Below, piece after piece: positions 40,437-51,988 of a stretch of 64,000 nucleotides of DNA (its first letter is position 1; each line of letters begins with the position of its first letter). Origin of the DNA: an uncultured delta proteobacterium (lineage in GTDB: Bacteria; Desulfobacterota; WTBG01); the NCBI GenBank assembly GCA_963793865.1, contig CAWCBP010000001.1, positions 1 through 64,000 on the forward strand, in the 5' to 3' direction. The notes under the pieces are model-generated. The model made no database searches. It was not told the origin of the DNA and saw only the letters and a program-made list of their open reading frames with translations. The translations under genes were made by a program, and so were the position numbers.

Positions 40437-40646
40437 ATACCGTTCCTTTTGGCTAGAATCCTAGTCTCAGCAAAGATGACGTCAAATCCGGTTTTGCTGC
40501 GGATGTATCATGCCCGTTAGGCCTTGAGTCAAAGGAATTTCGGGCTGTTGGTTTCCTAAAGCCGGCCGATAATCTTATTAGAGCGAAGAGATCACAGTGC
40601 GCTACGCTCATGCGGCGCACTGCGGGAAAGATGAGGGGGAGTACTT

Positions 40647-43600
40647 ATGAAAATAGAACGTTTCTTTACCCGGAACATATCATCACCGTATGAAGGCATC
40701 GCCTTCGAAACGCGCACCAGCGAGATAAAAAATATAGACGGCTCGGTGGTGCGGCGGATGAAGAAGGTGGTTGTGCCGTCTTTCTGGAGCCAGGTGGCCA
40801 CGGACATACTGGCGCAGAAATATTTCCGCAAGGCCGGCATACCGGCGGCGCTGAAGAAAAAGAAGGAAAAGGGGGTGCCTCTCTGGCTGCATTGCAGCGT
40901 GGCCGACGAGGAAGCGCTGGACTGCATGAAACCCGATGACCGTTACCGCGGCGAGGAAGATGCCCGGGAGGTCTTTAACCGCATGGCAGGCTGTCTCACT
41001 TACTGGGGCTGGAAGTGCGGCTATTTCGACAGCGAGGAGGACGCGAAGAATTATCACGATGAAACCGCCTATATGCTGGCCCACCAGATGGCCGCTCCCA
41101 ATTCCCCCCAGTGGTTCAACACCGGCCTGCACTGGGCGTATGGCATCGACGGACCTGCCCAGGGCCACTTTTACGTGGATCACGGCAGCGGCGAGGTGAA
41201 GCTGTCCGAGAGCGCGTATCAGCGCCCTCAGCCTCACGCCTGTTTTATTCAGAAGGTAAAGGATGACCTCATCAATGAAGGCGGCATCATGGATCTCTGG
41301 GTTCGTGAGGCGCGCCTTTTTAAATACGGGTCCGGTACGGGCAGCAATTTTTCCGCCTTGCGCGGCGAGGGTGAGCACCTCTCGGGAGGCGGTCAATCAA
41401 GCGGCCTGATCAGCTTCTTAAAGATCGGCGACCGCGCTGCCGGCGCCATCAAGAGCGGCGGTACGACGCGGCGCGCGGCAAAGATGGTAATCGTTGATAT
41501 TGACCACCCGGATATAGAGGCCTTCATCAACTGGAAGGTGACCGAAGAGCAGAAGGTGGCGGCCCTGGTGACCGGCAGCGTGCTGTGCGAACGCCACCTG
41601 AAGGAAATTATGAAGGCCTGCCGTATCGCCGGGCCTGATGACGAGGAGCGGTACGATCCGGCACGGAACAGCACCCTGGCCCGCGCCATAAAAAATGCCA
41701 GCAACGATGCCGTCCCGGTGAATTACATCTACCGGGTCATTCAGTTCGCCAGGCAGGGCTATGATGACATATCGTTCGGAACCTACAACACCAACTGGGA
41801 CTCTGATTCCTATCAGACGGTCAGCGGACAGAATGCGAACAATTCCGTGCGGGTCAATGACCAGTTTATGGAAGCGGTCCAGAATGACGCGGTCTGGCAC
41901 CTGACCAGCCGCACCGACGGATCCATTGCAAAGACGGTGAACGCCCGGAGCCTCTTAAACGAGATAGCGGAAGCCACCTGGCAGTGCGCCGATCCCGGCA
42001 TCCAGTTTGACACCGTCATCAATGACTGGCATACCTGTCCCGCCGACGGGCGGATCAACGCATCCAATCCCTGCTCGGAGTACATGTTCCTGGACGATAC
42101 GGCGTGCAACCTCGCCAGCCTCAACCTGATGAAGTTTTTTAATCCCCCGCAATGCCGGATTGATATTGACGCATACCTTCACGCCATACGTCTCTGGACC
42201 CTCACCCTTGAAATCAGCGTGGCCATGGCGCAGTATCCCAGCAAGGCCATTGCCCGGAACAGCTACCTTTTCCGGACGCTGGGACTTGGATGCGCCAACC
42301 TGGGGGCGCTGCTGATGGTCATGGGGCTGCCGTATGACAGCAAGCAGGGCCGGAACATGGCCGCCGGGCTCATGGCCATCATGACCGGGGGCGCTTACCG
42401 GACAAGCGCGGAGATGGCAAAAGAGCAGGGGCCATTCCTTCGATACGGGGAGAACAGCGAATCGATGCTCAGGGTAATCCAAAACCACCGGCGGGCGGCC
42501 TATGCCGATAGCCCGGAAAACTACGACGGCCTGCACATTCCGCCGCTGCCGCTCGATCAGTCGTTTTGTCCGGACTATGTGCTTGAAACGGCCCACCGGC
42601 AGTGGGATGAAGCGCTCGACCTGGGCAGGCAGCACGGCTATCGCAATGCCCAGGTGTCGGTTGCGGCCCCCACGGGAACCATCGGGCTGGTGATGGACTG
42701 TGACACTACCGGGATAGAGCCCGACTACGCCCTGGTGAAGTTTAAAACGCTTGCCGGCGGCGGTTCATTCAAGATTATCAACCAATCGGTGCCCCTGTCG
42801 CTCAAATGTCTCGGTTACAGCGAGGATGAAATTAAGGCCATCACCTGCTATGCCCAGGGACACGGCACACTCCAGGGAGCGCCGTGCATAAACAAGGCCA
42901 GCCTCAAGGAGAAGGGGTTTACCGACGAGATCATTGACAAGGTGGAGGAGGCGCTGCCCTCATCGTTTGACATTAACCATGCCTTCAGCCCCTGGAACCT
43001 GGGCCTTGATTTCCTGCGGTCGGTGCTGAAAATCCCCGAGCCTGTCCTCGACAATCCCGCCGCCAGCCTCCTGCTGGCCATCGGGTTCACCCAGGAGGAA
43101 ATCGATGCCGCCAATGACTATGTGTGCGGCACCATGACCGTTGAGGGCGCACCCTTCCTGAAGGAAGAGCACTACCCCATTTTTGACTGTGCCACGAGGT
43201 GCGGGCGCAAAGGCAAGCGCTTCATACCCTATGAGGCCCATATCCGGATGGTTGCCGCCTGCCAGCCGTTTATTTCCGGCGCCATTTCCAAGACCATCAA
43301 CATGCCCAACCACATAACCGTGCAGGAAGTAAAAGATGCCTATATGCTCAGCTGGAAGCTGGGCCTGAAGGCCATCGCCCTGTACCGCGACGGCTCAAAG
43401 CTGAGCCAGCCCCTGTCAGCGGTTGCCGAACTCTTTGATGAAATTGAAACGCTTGTGGGCGAACCTGATGCCGCCAGGGCCCAGCGGGTAAGCACCGCCT
43501 TCGTCCAGCGGCTCAGAATGATGCAGCGGGAGCGGCTGCCCAACCGGCGGACGGGCTATACCCAGAAGGCGACCGTGGGAGGACACAAGGTGTACCTCCG

Positions 43601-44201
43601 CACCGGGGAGTACCAGGACGGACGACTTGGGGAGATCTTCATTGATATGCACAAGGAAGGGGCGGCATTCAGAAGCCTGATGAACAGCTTTGCCATTGCC
43701 ATAAGCCTCGGCCTGCAGTACGGTGTCCCCCTGGAGGAATTCGTCGACGCTTTTGTGTTCAGCCGCTTTGAGCCCAACGGGATGGTTATCGGCAGCGACC
43801 ATATCAAGATGGCTACCTCGGTCATCGACTACATCTTCAGGGATTTGGCCATCTCCTACCTGGGGCGCGCCGATTTGGGGCATGATCTGCTTGAAGAGGA
43901 CCTGCGGCATGACGCCCTGGGTACCGAGGATGACGCAAAGCGAGTTGCCCGGTCGGAGACGGCACAACAGGCACAGGGTGCCGTGGAATCGCGAACACAG
44001 CTGAAAGCATACCATGGTGCCGTTGCCGCAGCGGCCCTGGGCGGCGGCCTTCCCAAGACTGTTTCCCTGGTGGAGGTCCGTGAGGCCCGGGCAAAAGGAT
44101 ATGAAGGCGACCCCTGTCCGGAGTGCCAGCAGTTCACCCTGGTCCGGAATGGGACCTGCCTGAAGTGCATGAGTTGCGGGGCAACGAGCGGGTGCAGCTA
44201 G
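40647..44201 (+). CDS. nrdJ: Class II (B12-dependent) ribonucleotide reductase with C-terminal TSCPD domain
   Basis: [47 protein letters not shown]-terminal [15 protein letters not shown]. Confidence 0.96.
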   Translation: MKIERFFTRNISSPYEGIAFETRTSEIKNIDGSVVRRMKKVVVPSFWSQVATDILAQKYFRKAGIPAALKKKKEKGVPLWLHCSVADEEALDCMKPDDRYRGEEDAREVFNRMAGCLTYWGWKCGYFDSEEDAKNYHDETAYMLAHQMAAPNSPQWFNTGLHWAYGIDGPAQGHFYVDHGSGEVKLSESAYQRPQPHACFIQKVKDDLINEGGIMDLWVREARLFKYGSGTGSNFSALRGEGEHLSGGGQSSGLISFLKIGDRAAGAIKSGGTTRRAAKMVIVDIDHPDIEAFINWKVTEEQKVAALVTGSVLCERHLKEIMKACRIAGPDDEERYDPARNSTLARAIKNASNDAVPVNYIYRVIQFARQGYDDISFGTYNTNWDSDSYQTVSGQNANNSVRVNDQFMEAVQNDAVWHLTSRTDGSIAKTVNARSLLNEIAEATWQCADPGIQFDTVINDWHTCPADGRINASNPCSEYMFLDDTACNLASLNLMKFFNPPQCRIDIDAYLHAIRLWTLTLEISVAMAQYPSKAIARNSYLFRTLGLGCANLGALLMVMGLPYDSKQGRNMAAGLMAIMTGGAYRTSAEMAKEQGPFLRYGENSESMLRVIQNHRRAAYADSPENYDGLHIPPLPLDQSFCPDYVLETAHRQWDEALDLGRQHGYRNAQVSVAAPTGTIGLVMDCDTTGIEPDYALVKFKTLAGGGSFKIINQSVPLSLKCLGYSEDEIKAITCYAQGHGTLQGAPCINKASLKEKGFTDEIIDKVEEALPSSFDINHAFSPWNLGLDFLRSVLKIPEPVLDNPAASLLLAIGFTQEEIDAANDYVCGTMTVEGAPFLKEEHYPIFDCATRCGRKGKRFIPYEAHIRMVAACQPFISGAISKTINMPNHITVQEVKDAYMLSWKLGLKAIALYRDGSKLSQPLSAVAELFDEIETLVGEPDAARAQRVSTAFVQRLRMMQRERLPNRRTGYTQKATVGGHKVYLRTGEYQDGRLGEIFIDMHKEGAAFRSLMNSFAIAISLGLQYGVPLEEFVDAFVFSRFEPNGMVIGSDHIKMATSVIDYIFRDLAISYLGRADLGHDLLEEDLRHDALGTEDDAKRVARSETAQQAQGAVESRTQLKAYHGAVAAAALGGGLPKTVSLVEVREARAKGYEGDPCPECQQFTLVRNGTCLKCMSCGATSGCS

Positions 44202-44227
44202 AAGATGCCTCTAATTAAATGTATTAT

Positions 44228-44707
44228 GGAGGGCCATGCTCCGTCATGGCCGCAGGGATATAAAATGATAAGGACAGCAACCTAAAGGAGGAGTTAAAGG
44301 GTTGCTGTCCTTATCTGATTTTGGAGGTAAGAATGAGTGTTTTGATAGTGTAAACGACTGGCCATTAATTCCGGTCTAATGAATTTTTGACCGTGACAGA
44401 AAAATTTAAAAATTTGATTCGAAAACAGATTCAGTGTACCCTCTCACCCTAACCCTCTCCCGCGGTGGGGAGAGGGAGATCAACATTTTCATAAATGGTG
44501 GTGCCCCCAAGGGGTATGGAGGTTTGATTCGAAAATAAGGTACGTTCCGTAGGGGCAACCGGCCGGTTGCCCTCACATCTGGATAAGAATCAAACAGGGA
44601 GGGAGGTGCTCCGTCGCGTCCGAATATTCTATGCGGCCATGACAGAGCATGGCCCTCCAGAATTCAGTCGTGCAATCCTACTCCGGTAGGAGCGGCTTCA
44701 GCCGCGA
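44228..44707. repeat. Patchwork of palindromic repeats: REP-C, 16-bp IR (44267-44315), CCCTCTCACCCTAACCCTCTCCC..GGGAGAGGG, REP-B, REP-C inverted, REP-A
   Basis: Each motif read directly; most recur elsewhere in the window. Confidence 0.7.
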
Positions 44708-44830
44708 AACATATTCTTTGCTCTGGAGTGGCAATGAAGCAATATCGAAAATAATATTATAATAATTAATTACTTGATAGAGTATTCTCAACTAATAATT
44801 AAACCTACATAAACCATACAGGAGGAAGCC

Positions 44831-45205
44831 ATGGCAGGTGAAAGTGTTAATGAAAAATTTGAAGAATTCTTTGTTTATATGGCGAAATTTATGGAAAAAT
44901 TTCCTGAAATAGCCACGAGCTTTACCACACTCCAGGGTAATGTCATGCAGGACGGAAAGCTTGCCGGTAAGGAGAAGGAATTGATTGCGGTGGGTATTGC
45001 GGTAGGCTTGCGGTGCGTTCCCTGCATCTACGCCCATACCAAGGCCGCCCTGACCATGGGGGCGACAGAAGAGGAAGTCATGGAAGCGGCCTCGGTGGCC
45101 ATTCTCATGGGCGGCGGTCCGGGGGTGGTGCATGTGGCCGAGGTTATGAAGGCCCTGGAGGCATTTTCGGGCAAGGACATAGTAATGGGCATAAATGCCT
45201 TCTGA
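44831..45205 (+). CDS. Carboxymuconolactone decarboxylase/AhpD-like (CMD) protein
   Basis: KEKELIAVGIAVGLRCVPCIYAH, GATEEEVMEA, MGGGP. Confidence 0.9.
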   Translation: MAGESVNEKFEEFFVYMAKFMEKFPEIATSFTTLQGNVMQDGKLAGKEKELIAVGIAVGLRCVPCIYAHTKAALTMGATEEEVMEAASVAILMGGGPGVVHVAEVMKALEAFSGKDIVMGINAF

Positions 45206-45327
45206 ATGTATGGACTGAAGACAGAGAAAAATCTCTCCGGGATATCCTGGAGAGATTTTTCTTCGTAACGCGTTGAGTTTTTAATCTTCCCGGGCACCTA
45301 GGGAAGTTAGCTCCATAAGATTAATAA

Positions 45328-46234
45328 TTATTGACCGCAGCATGCACAGTGCCAAAATAGGGACTACGTCCGAAGTCAGTTTTAAATTTTGAAGCATCCC
45401 CTCCATCGATATCCTAGATCGTTATCAAGGTTTCCCTCGCAGTAGGTGCGATTATCAGCGACAATCAACAGCTGGGAACCAGAACACCATCCCCGTTGGG
45501 CGCCCAGTCGGAAATGTTGAAGAAGCCGGTGCCGTCAGCAAAATCATCCTGGTTGCCGGGCCGTAGGCAGGATCGGTCCATACACTTAACTGCCATCTGG
45601 TTGTGCTCGGGTCAATGGCATTCTTCATAGTCATATTGCTCTGCCGGATCGGTAATCGCGTCCCTCGCGTAAGTCAGGATCAAGCTCCAGGGGAAAGTAT
45701 AGCAGTCACTGGTCTGATCAATATTTGGTAGGGGATCTGTAAAACCTCTCAGGACACCATTTGTATTCGTGCCGCCGATATGCAGCCACTGCATACCACT
45801 CACCGGCATGCCTCGCTGTACCGCATGACGCTGCTGCTGAATTAACGCAGCCTGCAGCAAATGGCACTAGGCGGAATTTTCAGACTGGTCCCGGTTAAGC
45901 ATTATGATAGCCACATCAATGCCCTCGGTCACCTTGCAGGGGCAGGGGGAAACAGGGATGCCGGTCATGCTCAATGTTCCGCCCGTGCCGGTATTGCTGT
46001 CGACATCGGCTTCAAATACCATGATGCCGCCGAGATTGGGCGTGGCTGTATAAGAAATTTTCAGCACATTCAACCCCGTCTGCCCTCCAGCATCTGCTCA
46101 GCCCGGATTGCTTTAATGTCGGTGGGGCCGATGTGATCACCGGTGGGATCGGTCACAATCGCTGCCGATGACAGGCCGAGCCAGCCGAACACAAGAGATA
46201 TACTCATGACTATCACGCTGTTCCTTGTTCTCAT
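45328..46234 (-). pseudogene. Disrupted gene for a secreted protein with a C-terminal dockerin/EF-hand-like motif
   Basis: RBS + MRTRNSVIVMSISLVFGWLGLSSA signal; fragments 45867-46073 and 45612-45860; last frame CEGNLDNDL-DIDGGDASKFKTDFGRSP..CACCGQ; several frameshifts/stops. Confidence 0.6.
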
Positions 46235-46535
46235 CTCACACCCCCTTTGCTGATTGTACCATTAGATTACAAACTCAAATCTGAGCATTTAACTTTTTCT
46301 CTCACATATGTTTAGCGCTACCTTGCAAAAAAATAAACCCTGACCTTTCTCAGACTTTTCCATCTGAGAAAAAGCAGGGTTATGTCCACAAGTGATTTTC
46401 ACGTACCCCCCCTTAAATGGACCTTAAACAGGGTTTAAGATCATATTGTATTTAAAACACAATTTTGGGCTGTTTTCAAGGGAAATCTCTATTTCGGTTG
46501 GGCCTGGCTTTTGACGATACAATAAAGTCCGACTT

Positions 46536-46563
46536 GTAGGGGCGACCGGCCGGTCGCCCCTAC
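46536..46563. repeat. REP-B perfect palindrome
   Basis: GTAGGGGCGACCGGCCGGTCGCCCCTAC. Confidence 0.85.
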
Positions 46564-46721
46564 ATTTAGATGGGGATGGAGCCGGCAGATATTTCTATTG
46601 GACAGAAATTGATGCGGTATGTTAATGTTATGCAGGTTATATCTTGCATGATAGCCAAAAACGTATTCCCGGATGGGTAGACGGCACAGCTTGTCTGATT
46701 CCGCCTTGGAGAAGCAATAAT

Positions 46722-48494
46722 ATGGGTATTAATGTCCTGATCCCCCTCATCGTGGCCATCGTTCTCTTTTACGCAGCGTACAGGTATTACGCTCCTTTCA
46801 TAGCCAGGGTATTCGAAGAAAATGACAGCAATCCCACACCGGCGGTTTCCATTAACGACCGCAAGGACTATGTTCCCACCAAGACGGTGGTACTCTTTGG
46901 CCATCACTTTGCCGCCGTCGCCGGCGCAGGGCCCATCATAGGACCGACAGTAGGACTCATCTTTGGTGTTATCCCCTGCCTGCTGTGGCTGATTTTCGGT
47001 ACCATCTTCATCGGGGCGGTGCATGATTACAGCGCCCTTTTTGCCAGCATGAAAGAGCAGGGCAAGTCAATGGCAAAGGTGGCCGAAACATCCCTGGGTA
47101 AGCCGGGTTTCATTATTCTCATCAGCTTTACCATCTTCCTGCTCCTGCTGGTTACCTCCGCATTTTTGGGACTGGCCGCGGTGGCACTAACGTCAATTGT
47201 GCCCATACGTGAGCTCGGGTTGGATGCATCCCAGACCATGCTTCCAACGCTCACCCGCGATGGCGTCCCCATGGCGCCCGTCGGGGCCATTGCCGCAACC
47301 TCGGTTATTGTGATTACTCTCGCTGCCCCTCTTGTCGGCTATCTCCTCTATCGAAGAGGTGTCAGCGGGCTCACTGCCTCTCTTCTTGCCATTGCCGTGT
47401 GCCTGCTCTCGATAGAATGCGGCATGGTCTACCCCGTAACCTTTGGCTATACCTTCTGGATGGTAGCACTTGCCGTTTATGTGTTCTTTGCCGCCGGCGC
47501 GCCCGTCTGGATCATCCTTCAGCCCCGTGACTTTACCAATTCCTTCATACTGTTCGGCGGGGTCATTGTGCTTACGGTGGGGGGGATTGCAGCAGGGATC
47601 AAGGGGATCACATTCAGCGCACCCGCTTTTAACCTCACCCAGGGGACCGCGCAGCTGGGGCCGGTGTGGCCTTTCCTGTTCATAACCATCGCCTGCGGGG
47701 CCATCTCCGGTTTTCACGCCCTGGTGGCAGGCGGCACCAGCTCTAAGCAGATATCCCGCGAGAGCGCTGCTAAAACTGTCGGTTATGGTTCCATGATACT
47801 GGAAGCCCTCTTCTCCGTCGGTGTGGTTATCGCGGTGGGATGCGGCCTCAACTTCTCCCGCTACATCCAGATAGTATTTCCCACTGATCCGGCTATTCAA
47901 TCAAATCCGGTGCTTGCCTTTTCCATGGGTGTTGGCGGGATGCTCGAGCGAAGCCTGGGTATACCGAGCTCCTATGGTACGGTCTTCGGGACTCTCCTCA
48001 TTGCGGGATTTCTCGCCACCACCATAGATGCTGCAGTGAGACTAAACCGCTACCTGCTGGAAGAACTGTGGGCTTCGCTCTTTCACCAGCCGCCCGCGCT
48101 GCTCCGATCCTACTTTTTCAATTCCTTTCTCTGCGTGGGAACCATGTTCCTGCTGGGGTACACCAATGCCTTTCTGTCCATCTGGCCCATTTTCGGATCC
48201 GCCAACCAACTGCTGGCGGCCCTCACCCTGCTGGGAATCGCCGTGTGGCTCTATAGAAAAGGGAAACAGTACCTCTTCCTGATCTACCCGGCCCTTTTTA
48301 TGATGGTAACTGCTCTACTTGCCCTTGTCTACCTGCTCTTGAAGGTATATGGTCCTGAGGGCAATGTGACCCTCATAGTGGTTGATCTAATTCTCATCGG
48401 CCTTGCCCTCGGAGTCCTCTTCCTTACCCTGAAAACGTTTCTGTCCAAACCCGTCCCTGCACCGATTACAACATCCCCCAATCGGCCTACCTGA
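46722..48494 (+). CDS. cstA: Carbon starvation protein A family transporter
   Basis: TPA..INDRKDYVPT, GHHFAAVAGAGPIIGP, GAVHD, LQPRD, ACGAISGFH, GYGSMILE, FGSANQLLA. Confidence 0.95.
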   Translation: MGINVLIPLIVAIVLFYAAYRYYAPFIARVFEENDSNPTPAVSINDRKDYVPTKTVVLFGHHFAAVAGAGPIIGPTVGLIFGVIPCLLWLIFGTIFIGAVHDYSALFASMKEQGKSMAKVAETSLGKPGFIILISFTIFLLLLVTSAFLGLAAVALTSIVPIRELGLDASQTMLPTLTRDGVPMAPVGAIAATSVIVITLAAPLVGYLLYRRGVSGLTASLLAIAVCLLSIECGMVYPVTFGYTFWMVALAVYVFFAAGAPVWIILQPRDFTNSFILFGGVIVLTVGGIAAGIKGITFSAPAFNLTQGTAQLGPVWPFLFITIACGAISGFHALVAGGTSSKQISRESAAKTVGYGSMILEALFSVGVVIAVGCGLNFSRYIQIVFPTDPAIQSNPVLAFSMGVGGMLERSLGIPSSYGTVFGTLLIAGFLATTIDAAVRLNRYLLEELWASLFHQPPALLRSYFFNSFLCVGTMFLLGYTNAFLSIWPIFGSANQLLAALTLLGIAVWLYRKGKQYLFLIYPALFMMVTALLALVYLLLKVYGPEGNVTLIVVDLILIGLALGVLFLTLKTFLSKPVPAPITTSPNRPT

Positions 48495-48508
48495 CACTCA
48501 GTACCTTA

Positions 48509-50221
48509 GTGAACACGCTGCTCATTCAGCCGCCCATCCAGGATTTCTATCACACGCCTATTCGGACCCAGCCCATCGGGCTGACCTATGTGGCTTCCTC
48601 CCTTCGGGAAGATGGACATGAGGTCGGTATTCTTGACTGCCGGACGAATGGGAAGCGAGAAATGCCGGTTCCTACCGAGCTCTCCTATCTTAAGGAATTT
48701 TATCCTTTTAATGACCGAAGTCCATTCGCACTTTACAGCGGGTATTACCATTTCGGAATGAGCTGGGAACAGATCAGGCGGGATATCGTGCGGGCCGACG
48801 CGAATGTTTATGGCATTTCCTCGGGATTCACGCCATATCACGGAGAAGCGCTTACAATTGCCCGGATTATCAAGGAATGGGATGCAAGGAAAATTGTAGT
48901 CATGGGAGGTGCCCATGTGAATGCTGATCCGGAAGGGGTGCTCGAAAGCCCCCTGGTTGATTATGTGGTGCTGGGAGAAGGGGAGAGGAGGCTTTCCCTG
49001 CTCTTAAGTGAGCTTGAGAAAAAGGGAAGGGCCGTTGCCGCGACTGACGGGATCGGATGCAGGAGAAACGGTGAGATGGCGGTTCCTGCTGCCGGATCGT
49101 TCATCGACAATCTTGATGCGCTGCCGTCTCCGGCTCGGGATCTGCTCGATCCGGACAGCTACCGTATAGGGAAAAAGCGATCGACCATGATTATCACCAG
49201 CAGGGGCTGTCCCCACCGCTGTGCCTACTGTTCGGCCCATCGCACCATGGGGACCGGATTCCGGACCCGATCTCCTTTGAATATCATTGTGGAAATGAAG
49301 GAGTGCCGGGAGAGATATGACATTCAGGCCTTCGATATTGAGGATGACAATTTTACCTATGATCAGGGACGGGCCGCGGAGGTGTTGAGGCTCATCATTG
49401 AGACATTCGGGGAGGGGAGCCTGGAAATGAGTGCCATGAACGGCATCTCTTTTGCCTCTCTTAATCGAGAGCTGATGGACCTGATGAAGCGGGCGGGATT
49501 TAAAACGGTCAATCTTTCGCTGGTGAGCACTGATAGAGATGTCAGGAGCGCCATGGGTCGCCCGGCAGGCGCGCCTGATTTCAGCGCGATCCTGGATGAG
49601 GCGGAAAGGGCAGGGCTTAACGTGGTTGCCTACGCCATTCTGGGTATGCCCGGTCAGACCATCGGGGACATGGTTGATACGGTAGGATATCTCATGGGTA
49701 AAAAGGTGCTCGTCGGGCCCAGCATCTATTATCCCGTTCCCGGGACCGCCCTGTTTGACAGATGCAGAAAAGAAGGAGTTCTGCCATCCTCTTTTTCTAT
49801 GTACCGCTCCAGTGCTTTTCCTATACAGACCTCATCATTTGAACGTATTGATCTTGTCACCCTCTTCCGCCTGGTAAGGGTCGTAAACTTCATCAAGGGG
49901 AAGATTGATGAAAAGGTAGTGCCTGAGGGGATAAGCCTGAACGGGCTCTGCCGGATGCTTCAGGACAAAATGATTCTGCAAGAGGCACCCGAGGCATACT
50001 CCGCGAGGGGCATACCCGACCGGTTTTGCCCGCGAGGGGAGGGTGTTTCCTGGCAGGCGCTGCTTTTGCTGCTTCTCACGGAAAGGACTCTTTTTTGTTT
50101 GCAAAAGGTTGCGGATGGGGGCATTATGGCTGTCAAAGCGGCACAGTCAAGAAAGGTGTTGGATTATTTCCTTGAAACGCTGTGGCTGAACCCAATCAGA
50201 GGAAGCCGTGTGGACAGTTAG
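48509..50221 (+). CDS. B12-binding radical SAM protein
   Basis: QPIGLTYVAS, VVMGGAH, GEGE, TSRGCPHRCAYC, EDDNF. Confidence 0.9.
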   Translation: MNTLLIQPPIQDFYHTPIRTQPIGLTYVASSLREDGHEVGILDCRTNGKREMPVPTELSYLKEFYPFNDRSPFALYSGYYHFGMSWEQIRRDIVRADANVYGISSGFTPYHGEALTIARIIKEWDARKIVVMGGAHVNADPEGVLESPLVDYVVLGEGERRLSLLLSELEKKGRAVAATDGIGCRRNGEMAVPAAGSFIDNLDALPSPARDLLDPDSYRIGKKRSTMIITSRGCPHRCAYCSAHRTMGTGFRTRSPLNIIVEMKECRERYDIQAFDIEDDNFTYDQGRAAEVLRLIIETFGEGSLEMSAMNGISFASLNRELMDLMKRAGFKTVNLSLVSTDRDVRSAMGRPAGAPDFSAILDEAERAGLNVVAYAILGMPGQTIGDMVDTVGYLMGKKVLVGPSIYYPVPGTALFDRCRKEGVLPSSFSMYRSSAFPIQTSSFERIDLVTLFRLVRVVNFIKGKIDEKVVPEGISLNGLCRMLQDKMILQEAPEAYSARGIPDRFCPRGEGVSWQALLLLLLTERTLFCLQKVADGGIMAVKAAQSRKVLDYFLETLWLNPIRGSRVDS

Positions 50222-50264
50222 CAGTGGGATAACCCCCTCTGATTGTTACATGTAAAATGTATGT

Positions 50265-51821
50265 ATGGTGGACGCTGATCGACGGAACACGTTTTTTAAT
50301 ATAAGCACTATCATTATTCTGGCCCTCATTGTCAGGGTTCTCTTCTTCAGCGGCTTCGCTCTGGGAGATGATCCCAACTACGCGGACGATGCCCGGACAA
50401 TCCTTGACGGCAGCTATCCTCCCCTTTGTGATCTCTGCGTTTTTTCTTTCCGCCCCCTCCTGCTGTATTCGATAAGTCTATCGTTTCAATGGCTGGGGTG
50501 GTCGGAATTTAATTTCGTCCTTCCGATCCTTTTATCCTCCCTCATGTGCATCTACCTTATTTACAAACTGGCGGAGATGCTTTTCGACAAAAACACGGGA
50601 CTGCTCGCCGCCCTGTTGCTGTCCGTTTATCCCCTGGATGTTATTCATGCCACTACCATGAGCAACGATATCATGCTGAGCATGCTGGTGGCGCTGTCCA
50701 TGCTTTTAGTGCTGAAGGGCTTTAAGAGCACCAAGCGGGCGTCGCCGCTCTGTTTTGCGTCGGCGGGGGCCGTGCTCGGTATCGCGGCCGGGGTGAAAAT
50801 TACCGCCATTCCCGCAATAGGCCTTTTCGTCCTGATACTCCTGTGGTGTAGTTGGGAGGAAAAAAGGTTTAATAAGGGGACAGTCCTTTTCATTATGGCG
50901 TGGGCGCTCGTGCAGGCGATTTTTGCGGCAACCTATTACATTAAGACCGGTGATTTTTTCGCAAACATTCACGCGGAACTGATCTTCAATAAAAAATTCA
51001 ATCCCTCAGGTTTTGTGAATACTGCTTCATCTTTAAAAAACGCGCTGCTTTTTTATCCAAAGTACATGTTGTGCCTTCAGGCCGAAGGCCATCCTGATTA
51101 TGAGTTCTATCCCTACGGATTTGTGTACCCGGTTTTTCTGCTGGGGGCGCTGTTTTTTGTCTGTAAACGGGACAGAAAGGCAGTGATCCTCCTGGTCTGG
51201 TTCACCTATCTCTTTTTGATGATGGAGTTTGCCCCCCTCAGGATTTCGCCTTATTATCAGCCGATTCACCGCCTCGTTCGATTCCTGTCGATCATCAGCA
51301 TCCCCACGTTGTTGCTGGTTGCATATTTTTTAAAACAATTGTATAAGGCGCGCATCCCGGGAAAAGCGCTTGCACTGATTTTAACGGTGGGATTAGTTTT
51401 GACATTTCTCCATCAAAGCTACCGCAAGGCATATTGTTACAGGGACAGCATGTCGGACGCACGAAGCGCGTTTGCTATCATTCGACATATGCCATACAGG
51501 CGGATCATTTCGGATCATGAATTGAAGATGGCGCTTCTGTTGTATAATCAGTATGAACACGGCGACGCATTCAAGAGCTTTGAATATGACAAGCCGCAAT
51601 TTTTAAACGGATCGCTGGTGATCCTCGGAGGAGCGCGCAGACCTGACATTCATCACCTGTATGCGGATAATTTTGTGCGGTCCACAACGCCTCGGAACAA
51701 TTGGATAAAAATCTGTGAGGTGGAGGGGAAAAAGGAGGCCTGGAGAAAAAGCAACCTGGTCATCTACAAAGTTGCGGGCAAAGAGAGTGATATGGACAAA
51801 GACAGGCAGCAGCAGGATTAA
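50265..51821 (+). CDS. GT-C fold (ArnT/PMT_2-like, family 39) membrane glycosyltransferase
   Basis: GDDPNY early loop, RP motif, many TM segments. Confidence 0.8.
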   Translation: MVDADRRNTFFNISTIIILALIVRVLFFSGFALGDDPNYADDARTILDGSYPPLCDLCVFSFRPLLLYSISLSFQWLGWSEFNFVLPILLSSLMCIYLIYKLAEMLFDKNTGLLAALLLSVYPLDVIHATTMSNDIMLSMLVALSMLLVLKGFKSTKRASPLCFASAGAVLGIAAGVKITAIPAIGLFVLILLWCSWEEKRFNKGTVLFIMAWALVQAIFAATYYIKTGDFFANIHAELIFNKKFNPSGFVNTASSLKNALLFYPKYMLCLQAEGHPDYEFYPYGFVYPVFLLGALFFVCKRDRKAVILLVWFTYLFLMMEFAPLRISPYYQPIHRLVRFLSIISIPTLLLVAYFLKQLYKARIPGKALALILTVGLVLTFLHQSYRKAYCYRDSMSDARSAFAIIRHMPYRRIISDHELKMALLLYNQYEHGDAFKSFEYDKPQFLNGSLVILGGARRPDIHHLYADNFVRSTTPRNNWIKICEVEGKKEAWRKSNLVIYKVAGKESDMDKDRQQQD

Positions 51822-51988
51822 ACGGCAAGGAGACTGTTGCTTTAAATGCAGTTTTGTTATAGTTTAATACCCCGGTACCCATCTGTTAGAAGATTTTCGT
51901 GCAGCAGTACCGACTCTGCAGCGAATCGAATTGCGCTGCGCTTCACAAAGAGGGCCTTGCGACGTTTAATTATGAAAAGGGAGATCTC

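Noticed and set aside
40647..44201. Intein or intron in the long NrdJ
   Set aside because: Usual insertion-site motifs (PHACF, NPCSE, PTGT) are contiguous; length is explained by insertions and the TSCPD domain
44831..45205. Selenocysteine recoding in CMD or other redox genes
   Set aside because: CVPC is encoded by Cys codons; I found no in-frame TGA at a conserved Cys position in the genes I checked
45867..45869. TAG read-through (pyrrolysine)
   Set aside because: Lies in a gene with multiple frameshifts; decay or error is simpler
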